64,000 bases of DNA from Felis catus (lineage: Eukaryota). The translations under genes were made by a program, and so were the position numbers. The stretch covers positions 1,054,001-1,118,000 of the forward strand of contig NC_058380.1 of the NCBI RefSeq assembly GCF_018350175.1. The letters run 5' to 3'. This document shows positions 13,901 to 26,317 of the stretch, piece after piece. How positions within the stretch are numbered: the stretch's first letter is position 1; every line of letters starts with the position of its first letter. The notes beneath the pieces are model-generated. The model saw only the letters and a list, made by a program, of their open reading frames with translations, had not been told where the DNA came from and made no database searches.

Positions 13901-16394
13901 AAAGGGCACCAGCAGTCTTCGCGGGTGTCATCCTGGCCACCTGACACCCGTGTATAGTACCAGTGGGACTCTTGTTTGGGGTCAGGCCCAGGAGAACCGG
14001 GGACACAGACTCAGCCAGCACCCCCTGGGCTTTGTGCTGCGTGCAGGGCGGCCCTGCCCCCTCCAGATTCTCCCAGAGTGGGGTCTGAAGTGCAGCCAAA
14101 CCCCCAGAGCCTGTGTGGACTGCAGAACCCACCTCCCTCCTGGTTCCAGCTGAGCAGGGTCACCTTGTTGTGTGGAACTTCCACTGATGGAGAGACCTGG
14201 TGATGGAGATGGGTTGGCCAGGGATCTCATGGCAGACAGCATGGTCAGGGAATGTTCTTGCTCCCCAGGGCCCCACTTTTCCAACCTCCGGGGTGGCAGA
14301 GGGCTCAGGGAGGCTCCCAAGGGTCCTGTTCTCTTCCCGGTGCTCACTGGAGTCCCACAAATAGGATTTCATGGGCTGGTACCTCGTGTCGTCTGGGACA
14401 CCAGTGTCCCAGAGTAGGTCAGAAGAGACCCCAGCTGCACCCTATTCGCCTGTCATCTCCCAGAACCCTTCTCATTTGTGGCTGCTTTTTCTGAGAGCCT
14501 GCTGTGCCCTTGGCCCTGTGTCAGGTGTAGAAGGACATGTAGGATATTGTCTCTATGTGGATGAGGAAATAAAGGCTCAGGTTGGACAGGTGCCAAGCAC
14601 CAGGCTACCTGGGTGGTCAGGGGCAGAACTAGACCTGTGCCCTGCCCAGGCCCCTCAAGGTCCCGTGGGAGCCTCTCCACAACCCCTTTCTCGCAGCCAA
14701 GTCTGAGCGCTGAGCCTCTAGAGATCCCTCCTGTCACAGCTCCTCATTTTGGGGGCAGGAAGCTGAGGCCCAGAGAGTGCGGGCAGCTTTGCCAGGCTGC
14801 AGGGATGAAATCCTTGGCTCGTTGTTCCTGTGCCATGACTGGGGGGGGTCTGCCTTGTGCTGGTTCTGGGGCCTTCATGACAAGTTGCAGGGTGAGCATT
14901 TGGACCCGATATGTCTGCACGGGGCCAACGCTGGCCAGGTGTCACTGCAGCTGTTACTGTTCTGTGGACCCAGGTGTGCTGGGGAGTGAGCCCTCTCAGC
15001 GCCACACCTGAGGCCAAACGGGAGGGGATTCTGAGCGGGTCGGGGACTGCAGTGGGGAGGGAGCCATGGAAACTCAGGGAGGCCTCTTGAGGGGAGGATG
15101 GTGAGCTGAGTACAGGTTAGCCAGGCGGAAGCCAAGGGACGGGGTTCTCATCCTTTGGCAGGTGTCCCAGGCAGCATGGTGCCACGGCAGGGGCGGGGGG
15201 CGGCTGCTGTGCAGGACAGCTCAGGAACCTGGGGTGAAGGCACCTGGGGTAGCTCCCACAGGGCCTTGAGTGCCACGCAGGGGTAAGGGGTTGGGGGATC
15301 TGTGGTTTTGGCACCAGCTGAGCAAGTAGGTGGGGAGGTGGGGCTTGGCAGAAGTTGCTGGCAGAGTCGGGTGGGTTTGTGCCAGAACATTCGACTCCAT
15401 CCTGCAAGAGCTTTCTGGGGCTGTTACTTAGGACCCGGGACCAAAGTTTCCTGTGCATTTTCCTTCCTGGGTGTGGCCATCTGGGTGTGGTTTCCCTGCT
15501 CGGCTTCCAGCCACCACAGAAAGCTTCAGCCCCAGGCTGTGTGTGCCCTGTGCCGGGTGACTCATGCTTGCTGCGGTGGAGACTCCACCTAGCTAGGGCT
15601 GCAGCCGGAGGACCGCCAGTGTGCTGGCTGCGGTCCGCTGACAGAACTCTTTAGTGAGCGCCTGCTGTATGCCTGCCCTGTGCACGAGTGCACACGCTGT
15701 AGAGGCAGTGCTGGGCAGAATAGCCTGGGGTCAGGATGCACTAATTGCACAGTTAATTAGTACGTTAATTAGGCGAGTGGGAAGTCTTGGATGTCAAGAG
15801 GCAGTGGCTTCACACAGCCACAAAGCTTTGGATGCCACAAAGCTGTGCCTGGCTCCATCCTCCATCTTCACTCTCTAGTGGCTGAGGTCTTGGGCAGGTC
15901 CCTCATCTATTCCCATCTGGAAATGGGGGCGATGGTCTTGCTAGAGCCGCAGAGCTGATGGGGCGATGAAGATGATCTGCACGCAAAGAGCCTGTAGAGT
16001 GCCCGGTCACGGGGCACACGCCGTCAGCCGGATCAGAGGGGCTACGAGAGGTGACGCCAGGTGACCGGGAAAGTCCTGCCCATGTGGCCGTGGCAGATCT
16101 TTTGGTGTCCCTGGGGGTGACTTCCTCACCATGGTGGAGCTGCTGGCGAGTGCGTCTGCCAGGTCGACTTTCAGGACCTGGGAGGATCCAGAAGTTAGAA
16201 ATTCATATTTTTGAGGGAAAAGACCAGCCAGGAGGAGGTGGCAGCGGGAGAGAGAGGTGAGGAGGACAGATGGTGTGTTGAGTAGGCCCCATGGCGGAAA
16301 TCTAGGAGGGGCCCTTCTTGTTCCCACATGATGACCCCATTTGAAAAAATCAACTTTATTGAGGTAGTATTTACTCACAACAAATGCATTTATT

Positions 16395-17000
16395 CTTCTT
16401 AAACATTTTTTAAGTTTATTTATTTATTTTGGGAGAGAGAGAGTGGGGGAGGGGCAGAGAGAGAGGGAGAGACCATCCTAAGCAGGCTCTGTGCTGTCAT
16501 CACAGAGCCAGGCATGGGGCTCCATCCCACAAACCGTGAGATCCTGACCTGAGCTAAGATCAAGAGTCAGTTGCTTAACCGACTGAGCAACCCAGGTGCC
16601 CCCAAATGCACCTATTTTTTAAAAATGCTTTAATTTTTATTTTAGAGAAAGAGTGCGCACACGTAAGTGGGGGAGGGGCAGAGAGAGAGGGAGACACAGA
16701 ATCTGAAGCAAGTTCCAGGCTCCGAGCTGTCAGCCCAGAGCCCAACTCAGGGCTTGAACCCACAGACGGTGCAATCATGATCTGAGCCGAAGTCAGATGC
16801 TCAACTGAGCCACCCAGGTGCCCCAAACATCCAATTCTTGATTTCAGTTCAGGTCATGATCCCAGGGTTGTAGGATCAAGCCCCATGTAGGACTCCACGC
16901 TGGGCATGGAACTTGGTTAAGATTCTCTCTCTCCCTCTGCCCCTCCCTCCCACATGCATAGGCTTGTGCTTTATCTCAAAAAATAAGCATTAAAAAAAAA
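16395..17000. mobile_element. Cluster of three CAN-SINEs: 16395-16602 (-), 16617-16824 (-), about 16836-17000 (+)
   Basis: Three SINE bodies. The first has TSD-like caaatgcaNNtatt at 16381 and 16603. Confidence 0.88.
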
Positions 17001-17444
17001 CGAGTCTGTATGAATTTTAGAATGAAAAACAAGAAACATCATTGGAGTTTGGATAGGAATTGTGTGGACTCCATAGATCACTTTGGGAAGTATTGTCATC
17101 TTCACGGCATTAAATCTTCTAATCCATGAACAGAGGGTATATTAATTTGTATCTTTTAAATTTCTTTCAGGGATGTTTTGAAGTTTTCAGGGTACAAGTC
17201 TTTTACCTTCTTGGTTGAATTTATTCCTAAGTATTTTATTAGTTTTGATGACATTGTAAGTGGAATTGTTTTCTTATTTTCTTTTTTGGATTGTTGATTA
17301 TTAGTGTATAGAGATGCAACTGGTTGTTGTGTATTGATTTTGTATCTTGCAGCTTTGCTGAATTTGTTGATTAATTTTAACCTTTTTAGAGTTTTCTAGA
17401 TAGAAGATCATGCCATCTGCAAAAAGAGATCATTTTACTTATTC

Positions 17445-17657
17445 CTTTTTTTTAAATTTTTTTAAATGTTTTTATTTATTTTTGAAGGAGAAAGAAAGAG
17501 ACAGAGCATGAGTGGGGAGGAGCAGAGAGAGAGGGAGACACAGAATCAGAAGCAGGCTCCAGGCTCTGAGCTGTCAGCACAGAGCCTGATGCGGGGCTTG
17601 AACCCACAAACTGCAAGATCATGATCTGAGCCGAAGCCAGACACTCAACTGACTGAG
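17445..17657 (-). mobile_element. CAN-SINE inside L1, head truncated by an N gap
   Basis: SINE body and T-rich tail. Confidence 0.88.
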
Positions 17658-19145
17658 NNNNNNNNNNNNNNNNNNNNNNNNNNNNNNNNNNNNNNNNNNN
17701 NNNNNNNNNNNNNNNNNNNNNNNNNNNNNNNNNNNNNNNNNNNNNNNNNNNNNNNNNNNNNNNNNNNNNNNNNNNNNNNNNNNNNNNNNNGTAGTGAGGG
17801 TGGGCCTCTTGCTTGGTTTCTGATCTTAGGGGAAAAGCTTTCAGACTTTTACCATTAAGCATGATATTTGCTGAGTGTTTTTCATATGTGACTTTCAACA
17901 TGTTGAGGAAATTTTCTTCTAAATTTATTGAATGCTTTTTTCCTTTAATCAAGAAGGAATATTGCATTTGTCAAACGCCTTTCTGCATCATTTGAGATGA
18001 CCGTGATCGTGTGTGTGTTTCTTCATTCTATTAACATAATGTATTACNNNNNNNNNNNNNNNNNNNNNNNNNNNNNNNNNNNNNNNNNNNNNNNNNNNNN
18101 NNNNNNNNNNNNNNNNNNNNNNNNNNNNNNNNNNNNNNNNNNNNNNNNNNNNNNNNNNNNNNNNNNNNNNNNNNNNNNNNNNNNNNNTGTAGTTATCTGT
18201 GACTGGTTTCGGTAACAGGGTAATGCTGGTCTCATGGAATGAGTTAGGAAGTGTTCCCTCCTCTATGTTTTTTGGAAGAATTGTGGAAGTTTTGGTATTT
18301 AAATGTTGGGTAGAATTCACCAGTGGAGCCATCTGGTCCTGAGCTTTTATTTGTTAGGACAGTTTTGATTACTAATTGAATCTCCTTACTAGTTAGAGGT
18401 CCATTGAGATTTTCTCTGTGTTCATGTTTTGGTTATGGTAGATTGTGTGTTTTTAGGGATTTGTCCACTTCATCTAGTTTGTCCAATTTGTTGGCTTACA
18501 CATTTTCAAAGTATTCTTTTATAATCCTTTTTATTTTTGTAAAATTGATAGTTCATTTCCTACTTTTATTTCTGATGTTAGTAATTTGAGTCTTTTTTCT
18601 TTGTAAGTCTAGCTAACAGTTTGTCAATTTGTTGATCTTTCCAAAGAACCCAGTTTTGTTTTTGGTTTTGTTTTTTCTATTTTCCATGTCAGTTATCTTT
18701 GCTATAATCTTTATTATTTCCTCCCCTTCTGCTATTTTGAGTCTAGTTTGCTCTTCCCTTCCTACTTCCTTGAGGTGTAACATTAGGTTGTTGATCTGAA
18801 ATCTTTCTTCTGGTGTAAAGTGTGCACTTACAGCCTAAGTGTCGTCTTCCAAACTGTTTTCATGGCATCCCTTACGTGTTGGTGTGTTGTATTTTTATTT
18901 TCAGTTGTCTCAAGGTACTTGCTGATTTCCCTTGTGATTTCTTCTTTGATCCATTGTTTCAATTTCACATAAAAGTGAATTTTCTAGTTTTCCTTCTGTT
19001 ACTGATTTTTGGCTTTATTCCATGTGATCAGAAAGACCCTTTGTATGATTTCAGCCTTTTTAAAGACATTAAGACTTGTTTTGTAGCCACATTTGTTTTA
19101 TGGTCTGTCCTGGAGGATGTTCTATGTGTGCTTGAGAAGAATGTA

Positions 19146-19645
19146 CAGGTCCACCTTGGAGCTATTGTGAATTCGGTCCCAGACCACCGCAGTAAAGCAA
19201 ATACTGCGATGAAGTGAGTCCAGTAAAAAAAAAAAAAGTAAAAAAAATAGTAAGCCCAGTATATTTCTTGGTTTCCCAGCACATATAAAAGTTATGTTTA
19301 CATTATGCTGTACTCTATCAAGTGCACAGTAGCATTATGTCTTAAAAATAATGTGTATACCTTAATTAAAAACATTTTATTGCTAAAAATGCTACCAATT
19401 ATCTGAGTTTTCAGCAACTCATAATCACTGATAACAATTGTAATAATAATGACAAGGTTTGAAATACGGTTTGAAGAATGAAAAGTTTGAATTGCAAGAA
19501 TTATCAGAATGTGACACAGAGACCCAAGTGAGTCGATGCTGGTGGAAAAGTGGCTCCAGTGGACTTGCTCGGAGCAGGCTCGGCACAGACCCGCAGTTTG
19601 TAAAATCGCAGTATCTGCAAAGTGCGGTAAAGGGAGGTGCGCCTG
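19146..19645 (+). mobile_element. Internally deleted Tigger1 DNA transposon
   Basis: TA|CAGGTCCACCTTGG...GAGGTGCGCCTG|TA. The 5' end matches Tigger1 (ccagaccaccgca.taaagc.aata) and the TA TSD is intact. Confidence 0.85.
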
Positions 19646-19777
19646 TATTTTCTGCTGCTGTTGGGTGACTGCAGTCTGGGTGTGTTGGCCCTCGTTGGTT
19701 ATCATGTGGCTCACACCCTCCGTTCCCTTACTGGTCATCTGTGTGGTGTTTCTGGCTATTACTAAGAGTGCGGTACT

Positions 19778-19997
19778 GGGGCACCTGGGTGGCTCAGGCA
19801 GTCAAGCGTCCGACTTCAGCTCAGGTTGTGATCTCACAGCTCGTGAGTTCGAGCCCCGCGTCGGGCTCTGTGCTGACAGCTCGGAGCCTGGAGCCTGCTT
19901 TGGATTCTGTGTCTCCCTCTCCCTCTGCCCCTCCCCCACTCACGCTCTGTCTCTCTCTCTCTCTCTCTCTCTCAAGAATAAACATTAAAAAAATAAT
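19778..19997 (+). mobile_element. CAN-SINE
   Basis: Head, (CT)n and A tail. Degenerate TSD aagagtgcggtact / aaaagtgtggcact. Confidence 0.92.
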
Positions 19998-20329
19998 AAA
20001 AGTGTGGCACTGAAATCTCCAACTGATACTATTTTTCATTATTACTAAATCTTTACTATTGTCTGGGGGCTCTGATACCTGGCTCATGTGCTTATTAGAT
20101 CTTCTTGGTGAATTGACTCTATTATTAACGTTGATGTACTTCTTGGTCTTTTGTAACAGTTTTTGATGCAAAGTCGATCTTGGCTTCTATTCGCAGAGCC
20201 ACCCTGCTCTCTTTGAGTTGCTGTTCGCAGCGACATCTTTTCCCATCTTTTCACTTTCGGCCCGTGTGTGTCTTTGGATCTGAGTCTTTTGGAGACAGCT
20301 CATAGTTGAATCATATGTTTGTAATCCTC

Positions 20330-21140
20330 AGAGGACAAACAACTCTGTTTCTCCTCTGCTCCTACACGCAGCACTCATACCTCTGAGGACTCCTGGCACT
20401 TCTGGTCACCAGGTATGCGGTCCCTCACCTCCATCAAGCAGTCCCCTGACACAGCTGGGGGTGTCACAGTTCACCTCTCGACGCTGTCTCCCTGGGGATG
20501 GCCTCAGTTCCCACTTGTGAAGAGCTCAGTCCTGTACACCATCCCCGCTGCAGACCCCGGTCACAAGGCTTCTCACTGACTGGCTATAAACCGAGGGTCC
20601 TGTGACCCCCTCTTTTGGTTCAGTCATTTGCTACAGCTCACAGAATCTGGGAGAACACTTTCCATACCAGTGCTGATTTATCACAGAAGGATACAAGTGA
20701 ACATCCACACACACAGGGTGCTTAGAGCAAAGAACTCGGGAAGGGGCCCAGAGCCTCCGTGTCCCTGCCGGGCCAGGCGCCCCAGCGCCTCCATGCGCTC
20801 GGCAACCCGGAAGCTTGTCCAACTCCATCCTCTCGGGGTTTTACGCAGGTTTTATTACATAGGCGTCATTGATTCAATGATTGGCCATTGGTGATGGATT
20901 CGGCCTCCAGCCCCTCTCCCCTCTGAGCCTCATGTGGTTGGCTCCACGGGCAACCAGTCCCATCTTGTGGTTATTTAGGGGCTTTAGAGGAGTCACCTCG
21001 TGCACACGGCCAGATGAGGTTGAAGGGGGCTCGTTAGGAACAAAAGACACCTTCATCTTCATGGCTCATCTCTTAGGACATTCCAGGGGGTTCAGGAGCC
21101 CTGTGCCAATATATATTTCTTATTAGAAATCACAATATCA
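20330..21140. mobile_element. MER21-like LTR
   Basis: gactggctataaaccgagggtcc, atttgctacagctcacagaa and atatatttcttattagaaatcacaatatca. Same family motifs as 10848-11482. Confidence 0.65.
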
Positions 21141-21185
21141 AAACTCCATTTTGCCAATCTGCGTCTGTTAATCTGTTTACATTTT

Positions 21186-21770
21186 TTTTTAATGTTTATT
21201 TACTTTTGAGACAGAGAGACAGAGCATGAGCATGGAAGGAGCAGGGAGAGAGGGAGACACAGAATCGGAAGCGGGCTCCGGCCTCTGAGCTGTCAGCCCA
21301 GAGCCTGACGTGGGGCTCGAACTCACAAGCCGTGAGATACTGACCTGAGCCGAAGTCAGAGGCTTAACCGACTGAGCCACCCAGGTGCCCCTGTTTACAT
21401 TTATTTTTTTGAGAGCTTTTATTTTGTAAGTAATCTCTACACCCAATGTGGGGCTCGAACTCATGATCCCGCGATCAAGAGTTGCATGCTCCACTGACTG
21501 AGCCAGATAGGCACTCCTTAATCTGTTTACATTTAAAGTAATTACTTCAGTCACTGGGGTGCCTGGGTGGCCCCATTGGTAAGCCTCGACTTCAGCCCAG
21601 GTCATCATCCCATGGTGATTTCAGGCCCTGTGTCCACCTTTGTGCTGACAGCTCAGAGCCTGGAACCTGCTTCGGATTCTGTGTCTCTCTCTTTGTCTCT
21701 GCCCCTCCCCCTGCTCATTCTCTCTCTCTCACTCTCAGAAGTAAATATTAAAAAAAATAATAATAAACTA
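21186..21770. mobile_element. Three CAN-SINEs: 21186-21391 (-), 21405-21516 (-, short), 21556-21770 (+)
   Basis: SINE heads and bodies. The target sequence ctgtttacattt is present three times. Confidence 0.88.
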
Positions 21771-22760
21771 ATTACTGCGATTACTGATAATGAATCGCTT
21801 GTTTCTGCATTTTTGCTGTTTGTTTTCTGTAGGTCTTGTAGCTTTTTGTCCTTTATCCATTACTACCTTCTTTCATGTTTAGTTGATTTTCTGTAATAAC
21901 GTTTTTTATTTCCTTTTGTGGATATTCCACGCATATTTTCTTTGTGGCTACCATGAGAGTTCCACATAACATCCTAAAGTTATAACCATCTAATGTGAAT
22001 TGATATCAACTTAATTCCAGTCACACACAAAAACTCTCCTCCTTTGCAGCTCTGCCCTCACCCAGCCGCCGTGTCCACCAGCAAGTGGGACAGGCTGGCA
22101 CTAGTGGGCGGGGGCGGGGGGGATGCACCTGGTCACGTAGTGGATGCTCTGGGATTCAGCACCCTTCTTTGGGGATCCTGTGCCTCCCACCAACCACTGA
22201 CCCGCCCCTGGGCTTTAAAGGCCTGTCATTCTAAAGAACATTCTTAATGGGAAAAAAGGCATGGCAGTGATGCCGTGATGCCAGGACCCTGGCTGGGCAC
22301 ACCGGTCTGCTTTGTGGCAGCCTCACAAGGCCGGGCAAGCTCACGTGTCCCGTGGCCATGTCAGCACAGGCCACCCAGCCCTGCGCCCCTGTCCCTGTGG
22401 GAACAGCAGCCGTGGGAGCTGCAGGGTCGGGCCTTCTCCAGGCTGCTGTGTCCCTGCAGCAGGCCCTGGGGGGGGACCCAGGGACAGTGGACTCGGCCTG
22501 AGTTTATCTCCTGCTGTAAGCTCTCAGGCGTAGAAGAGAAGAGCTGGAGTCTGTGGTCCCACACACTAGTGCACCCCGTCTCTGGCAGGGGGGCGGCAGG
22601 ACACGGGGGTTCCGGACTGTGCATAGCCTGCGCGGGTGGGACGGCTTACAGCTGATGTGCCGCCTGGGGGCCTGGGGGCCATGCCGCCGGTGGCATGTGG
22701 GCCCCATTGCCGCTCCTCGGCCGTGCAGGCTCATGCCCTCCGTGCTCTCTGCTATTTCAG

Positions 22761-22903
22761 AGCAGACCTACTGTGACCGCCTGGTCCAGGACACGCCTTT
22801 CCTGATGGGCCACGGACGCCTCAGTGAGCAGCAGGTGGACAGGATCATCCTCCAGCTGAACCGCTACTACCCCCAGATCCTCAGCAACAATGATGCAGAG
22901 AAG
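22761..22903 (+). CDS. CARD19: CARD19 exon 2 (CARD N-terminal half)
   Basis: tatttcAG|AG acceptor, AAG|GTGCTG donor, 143 nt. Encodes QTYCDRLVQDTPFLMGHGRLSEQQVDRIILQLNRYYPQILSNNDAEK. Confidence 0.96.
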
Positions 22904-24340
22904 GTGCTGGGGTGGGGGGAGGCGGGGGGGGGCGGCACATCTCTCCCTCCCTGTCCCTCCCTCCCTGGGCTGGGAGAAAGCAGGTGGGGGGTGGGGGGGG
23001 TGGAGAAGGACAGTGGAGGTGAAAGCCTGACTCCCGGCAGTGACGTTGGGCCCGGAACACCAGCTCCTTGAGCCTCAGTCTCTCCCTGTGTCCTCGGGGC
23101 CTGCCAGCCCTCCAGAGCCGCTGGAAGCATCACAGGAGACAGGACAGTGCGCCACTGCATGTGACAAGCCTGGGAGGGGAGAGGGGGCGGGGGCGCTAGC
23201 CGGGCTCACCCCAATGCCGCAGGGCTCCGCACCCCGCCTCTTCCAAAGGTTCAAAAGTGGACACTGAGGGAGGTGGGTGCACCTCTCCTGAGCCGCCCTT
23301 TCCCTGACTCCCCCTCAGGGCCAGGGCTTTGGGGTGTGGGGCCCCCTCCAGCCGAGTGGCTGAGTGAGCCCCACTCTCGGGGCTGCAGGGCTGCCTACAG
23401 GGCTTGGGGCCTCTCCCGGGCACAGTGAGGCTGACCCCCAACACAGCTGGAAGGCTCATGGGCCCTGCCACTGGCTCAGATGCTCAGGTTGTGAAAGTCT
23501 ACAGCAAAGGAAAAGTACGGGTGGAGTTCATACCTTATTATTGTAATTAAAAGTCTAATACACGTTTATTATATAAATATTTGAGAGGTCTCAGACGTTT
23601 ATACAAGAAGAAGGAGAGTCCTGCCTGCGCATTGCCACGCTATTCTGCTCCTTGGTTTCTCTGGCTCCCACCATCCACTTGCAGCTTCTGTTACACTCTG
23701 GTTCTGAGTGGAACGGTATGCTGCCACCAGGTGGCAGCACCAGGCCACAGCCTCCAGGTCCTGCATCAATGCCACCTGCCGGCTCACTGACCTTTAGAAC
23801 CATACATTTCTCCATGAACTCATCAGAAGATTCTGGGTTATTTTGTTTTGTTTTCCTGCTTAGCCCTCCGTTTTTAAATTCCTTGAGTCACATTCCTGTT
23901 GACTATAAACTACCAGAAGTTATTACTTAGGACATCACCTCCTTGATTCCTTGTAGCCTTTTTACAAGTGAAGACACAGAGTCCCAAGGTGTAAAATGAC
24001 CTGCCAAAGTCACATGGCAAACCGTCAGCTTTTAACAGTTGGAACAATGTCACCACTGTCTTTCTTGATGACCTGTCCTGGCCTCCACAGGGAGGGGGCT
24101 CCACAGGGAGGACCAGTGGCTGTGCTGTGACCACAGCACCGGCTTGGGCGCCACGTGGGTGGGCTGTGGCCCTAGTGGCACTTGATGCCTCCTCTGGGTG
24201 CTCTGTGCTGCCGCCCTCGCCGCACCCCGGGCAGGGGCCCCTCTGATACAGAAGCTGGAGCCCAGGGCAGAGCCAGAGCCCCCAGCCTCCCGGCCCTGCC
24301 CCTCCGGCCTGACCTTTCCACGCACCCTTTCCACCCCCAG

Positions 24341-24494
24341 TTCCGGAATCCCAAGGCGTCCCTGCGAGTGCGGCTCTGTGACCTGCTGGGCCACCTACAG
24401 CGGAGCGGCGAGCGGGACTGCCAGGAGTTCTACCGGGCCCTGTACATCCACGCGCAGCCCCTGCACAGCCGCCTGCCCAGCCGGCTGGCCCTGC
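24341..24494 (+). CDS. CARD19: CARD19 exon 3 (CARD C-terminal half)
   Basis: cccccAG|TTC acceptor, C|GTAAGT donor, 154 nt. Encodes FRNPKASLRVRLCDLLGHLQRSGERDCQEFYRALYIHAQPLHSRLPSRLAL. Confidence 0.96.
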
Positions 24495-25552
24495 GTAAGT
24501 GTGCCCCCCGCGCCCCCAGACAGGAGCAAGCTGTCGGATGCGGACACTGCCGCATCTCGCGTGCCTGCTGTTACACAGGAGGAGGCGTCTGGCGGGTGTG
24601 GCTCCGCCCTCCCTCCAGCCTGGTGCCCTGGGGCCCGTCACTTGCGGGCTGGGGGCCGCTCACGGCTGTGCCGGCCTTGAGTATCTGTGCTCCCGTGGCA
24701 GAAACTGTGGTCGTGCCCACAACTGAGGGTGCCCTGGCCGGGGGCGGGGGGATCCCCGTAATGTGGGCGTTTCTGTAGAACGATGTCAGGCACGGTGGCT
24801 GGTCTGAGGCATGCGCGCTTTGGTTTCAAGGGTTTTGCCCGAGAGCTCAAGAGGCACGTGAGTCCCGAGGGACCCTCTGAGCTGCACGTGGGGATGGAGG
24901 AGACACAGGTGGGGATGGCAGTCCAGGCCTGAGACCTCTGTGCCCTGGTCCCCTGGAGGAGGGGCCGGTGTCCCTCGATCTTCTGATGGGGAGCCAGAGG
25001 CCTGAGGGACAGGGTGGCTCACCCTGACTGCTCAGCTGGGACCCCAGGGCAGGTGTCCCTGACCTGAGGATGAGCTCTGGTCCAGGACCCGTGTGTCACA
25101 CCAGCCACTGGGGGGCCCCACAGTCTGGCTGGGCATCAAGCACCTTCCAGGCTCCTGGGCCACCAGCAGGTGGCCGGTTGGGGAGGTCTGGGAGAGAGTG
25201 TGCCCTGCCCTCGTATGGACAGCACCAGACTTGGGATGCTACGCTAGGTGCCTGCCTCCGCACGGAGCGATGCCCCCTACCCATGCCCCTCGGGGTCTCA
25301 GGATGTGGACAGAAGGAGATCCAAAACTCAGGGTTCTGTGACGCTGATCCCACGGTTCCCTCCCTGGTGCTCATTCTGCCACGCCTGGCCCAGAAGGCTG
25401 GGTGGGTGTGTGTACAGCCTGGTCCGGCCCCGCCTAGGGGTTCCGGGGGTGGAGGGAAGGAGCCTGAGAAGCCCCTTGGTTTCCTGCAGGCGGGGCGACC
25501 ACCCTCCTCTGGCCGGCCCACAACTAACCGAGCCCTGTGATTTTGTTTCCAG

Positions 25553-25612
25553 AGAACTCAGATTGCACAGAGCTAGACTCCGGCACCGTGGGCCGCGAGC
25601 TCAGTGACAGGG
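25553..25612 (+). CDS. CARD19: CARD19 exon 4 (linker)
   Basis: Branch point CTAAC at 25524-25528, ttttgtttccAG acceptor, G|GTAACG donor, 60 nt. Encodes QNSDCTELDSGTVGRELSDR. Confidence 0.92.
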
Positions 25613-25796
25613 GTAACGGCCTCCCACGTCCCCCACCCTGTCCCCCACCCAGGGCTCCGTCTCTGCCTCAGGGTCTTCTCCTTTCCGAGTCAGGCTCGGT
25701 CCTGCCTTCCCATTGACTGGGCCCCAGGGTGCTCGCTGGGGCGCCCGCCGTCCGGGCTCAGGCGGCCATGTGCCCACATGCCCCCTTTCTCCCCAG

Positions 25797-25868
25797 GACC
25801 CGTGGCCTTCCTGGCCTGCCTCGGCCTGGCCGCGGGGCTGGCGCTCCTCGTCTACTGCTGCCCTCCAG
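25797..25868 (+). CDS. CARD19: CARD19 exon 5 (transmembrane helix)
   Basis: tctccccAG|GA acceptor, CAG|GTGGGT donor, 72 nt. Encodes GPVAFLACLGLAAGLALLVYCCPP. Confidence 0.93.
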
Positions 25869-26317
25869 GTGGGTGCCGCCTGCCAGGCCCAAGCACCGAG
25901 CCACCTGGCCTCCCTGTGCCTCAATTTCCTAGCCTGTGTGGTGGGACGGCAGTGGGGCCCAGTTTGCAGGCACAGGAAGAAGAGGGATATGGGGGCTCCA
26001 CCACCCCCAGGGGTCGGAGGGGGACAGCCCCTGGCGGGAGGCAGGGTGCAGCCGGGGCTCTGGGGGCCCCTGTCCTGTGTGGGGCCCGGAGTAGGGTGCC
26101 CACCTCTGGCCCCCAGGTCACAGCCCTGGCAAATGGACGGGGGCCCGCAGCCCAGCGTGGCAGCTGCCGTCCCTGCCTGGCCACACCGGGCCTGTCACAG
26201 TTGTGGACGGGGAGCCAGTGCCGCACAGGCCCACTTGGCAGGGACGCCCCGTGCCGCTTGGCTGCGGGGCTGCACAGGCACGTCGGTGGCAGTGCCTGAG
26301 ACCACCTTGTCTTCCAG

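Larger units (their letters stand above)
10528..18187. other. Four short assembly gaps: 10528-10661, 11483-11631, 17658-17790, 18048-18187
   Basis: Runs of N, all within or next to repeats. Confidence 0.99.
17005..22040 (-). mobile_element. Degenerate antisense LINE-1 (ORF2) in CARD19 intron 1, interrupted by SINEs, Tigger1 and MER21
   Basis: Minus-strand peptides EENFLNMLKVTYEKHSANIMLNGKSLKAFPLRSETKQ and IEEGTLPNSFHETSITLLPKP are L1 ORF2 motifs. The + strand is T-rich. Confidence 0.9.

Noticed and set aside
22733-22760. In-frame intronic ATG (MPSVLSAIS) upstream of CARD19 exon 2 as an alternative start
   Set aside because: It overlaps the acceptor pyrimidine tract and has no promoter evidence. 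Exon 1 at 13657 explains the start.
25869-26299. CARD19 intron 5 read-through extending the C-terminus
   Set aside because: GC-rich chance ORF. Exon 6 has a good acceptor and supplies the conserved C-terminus.
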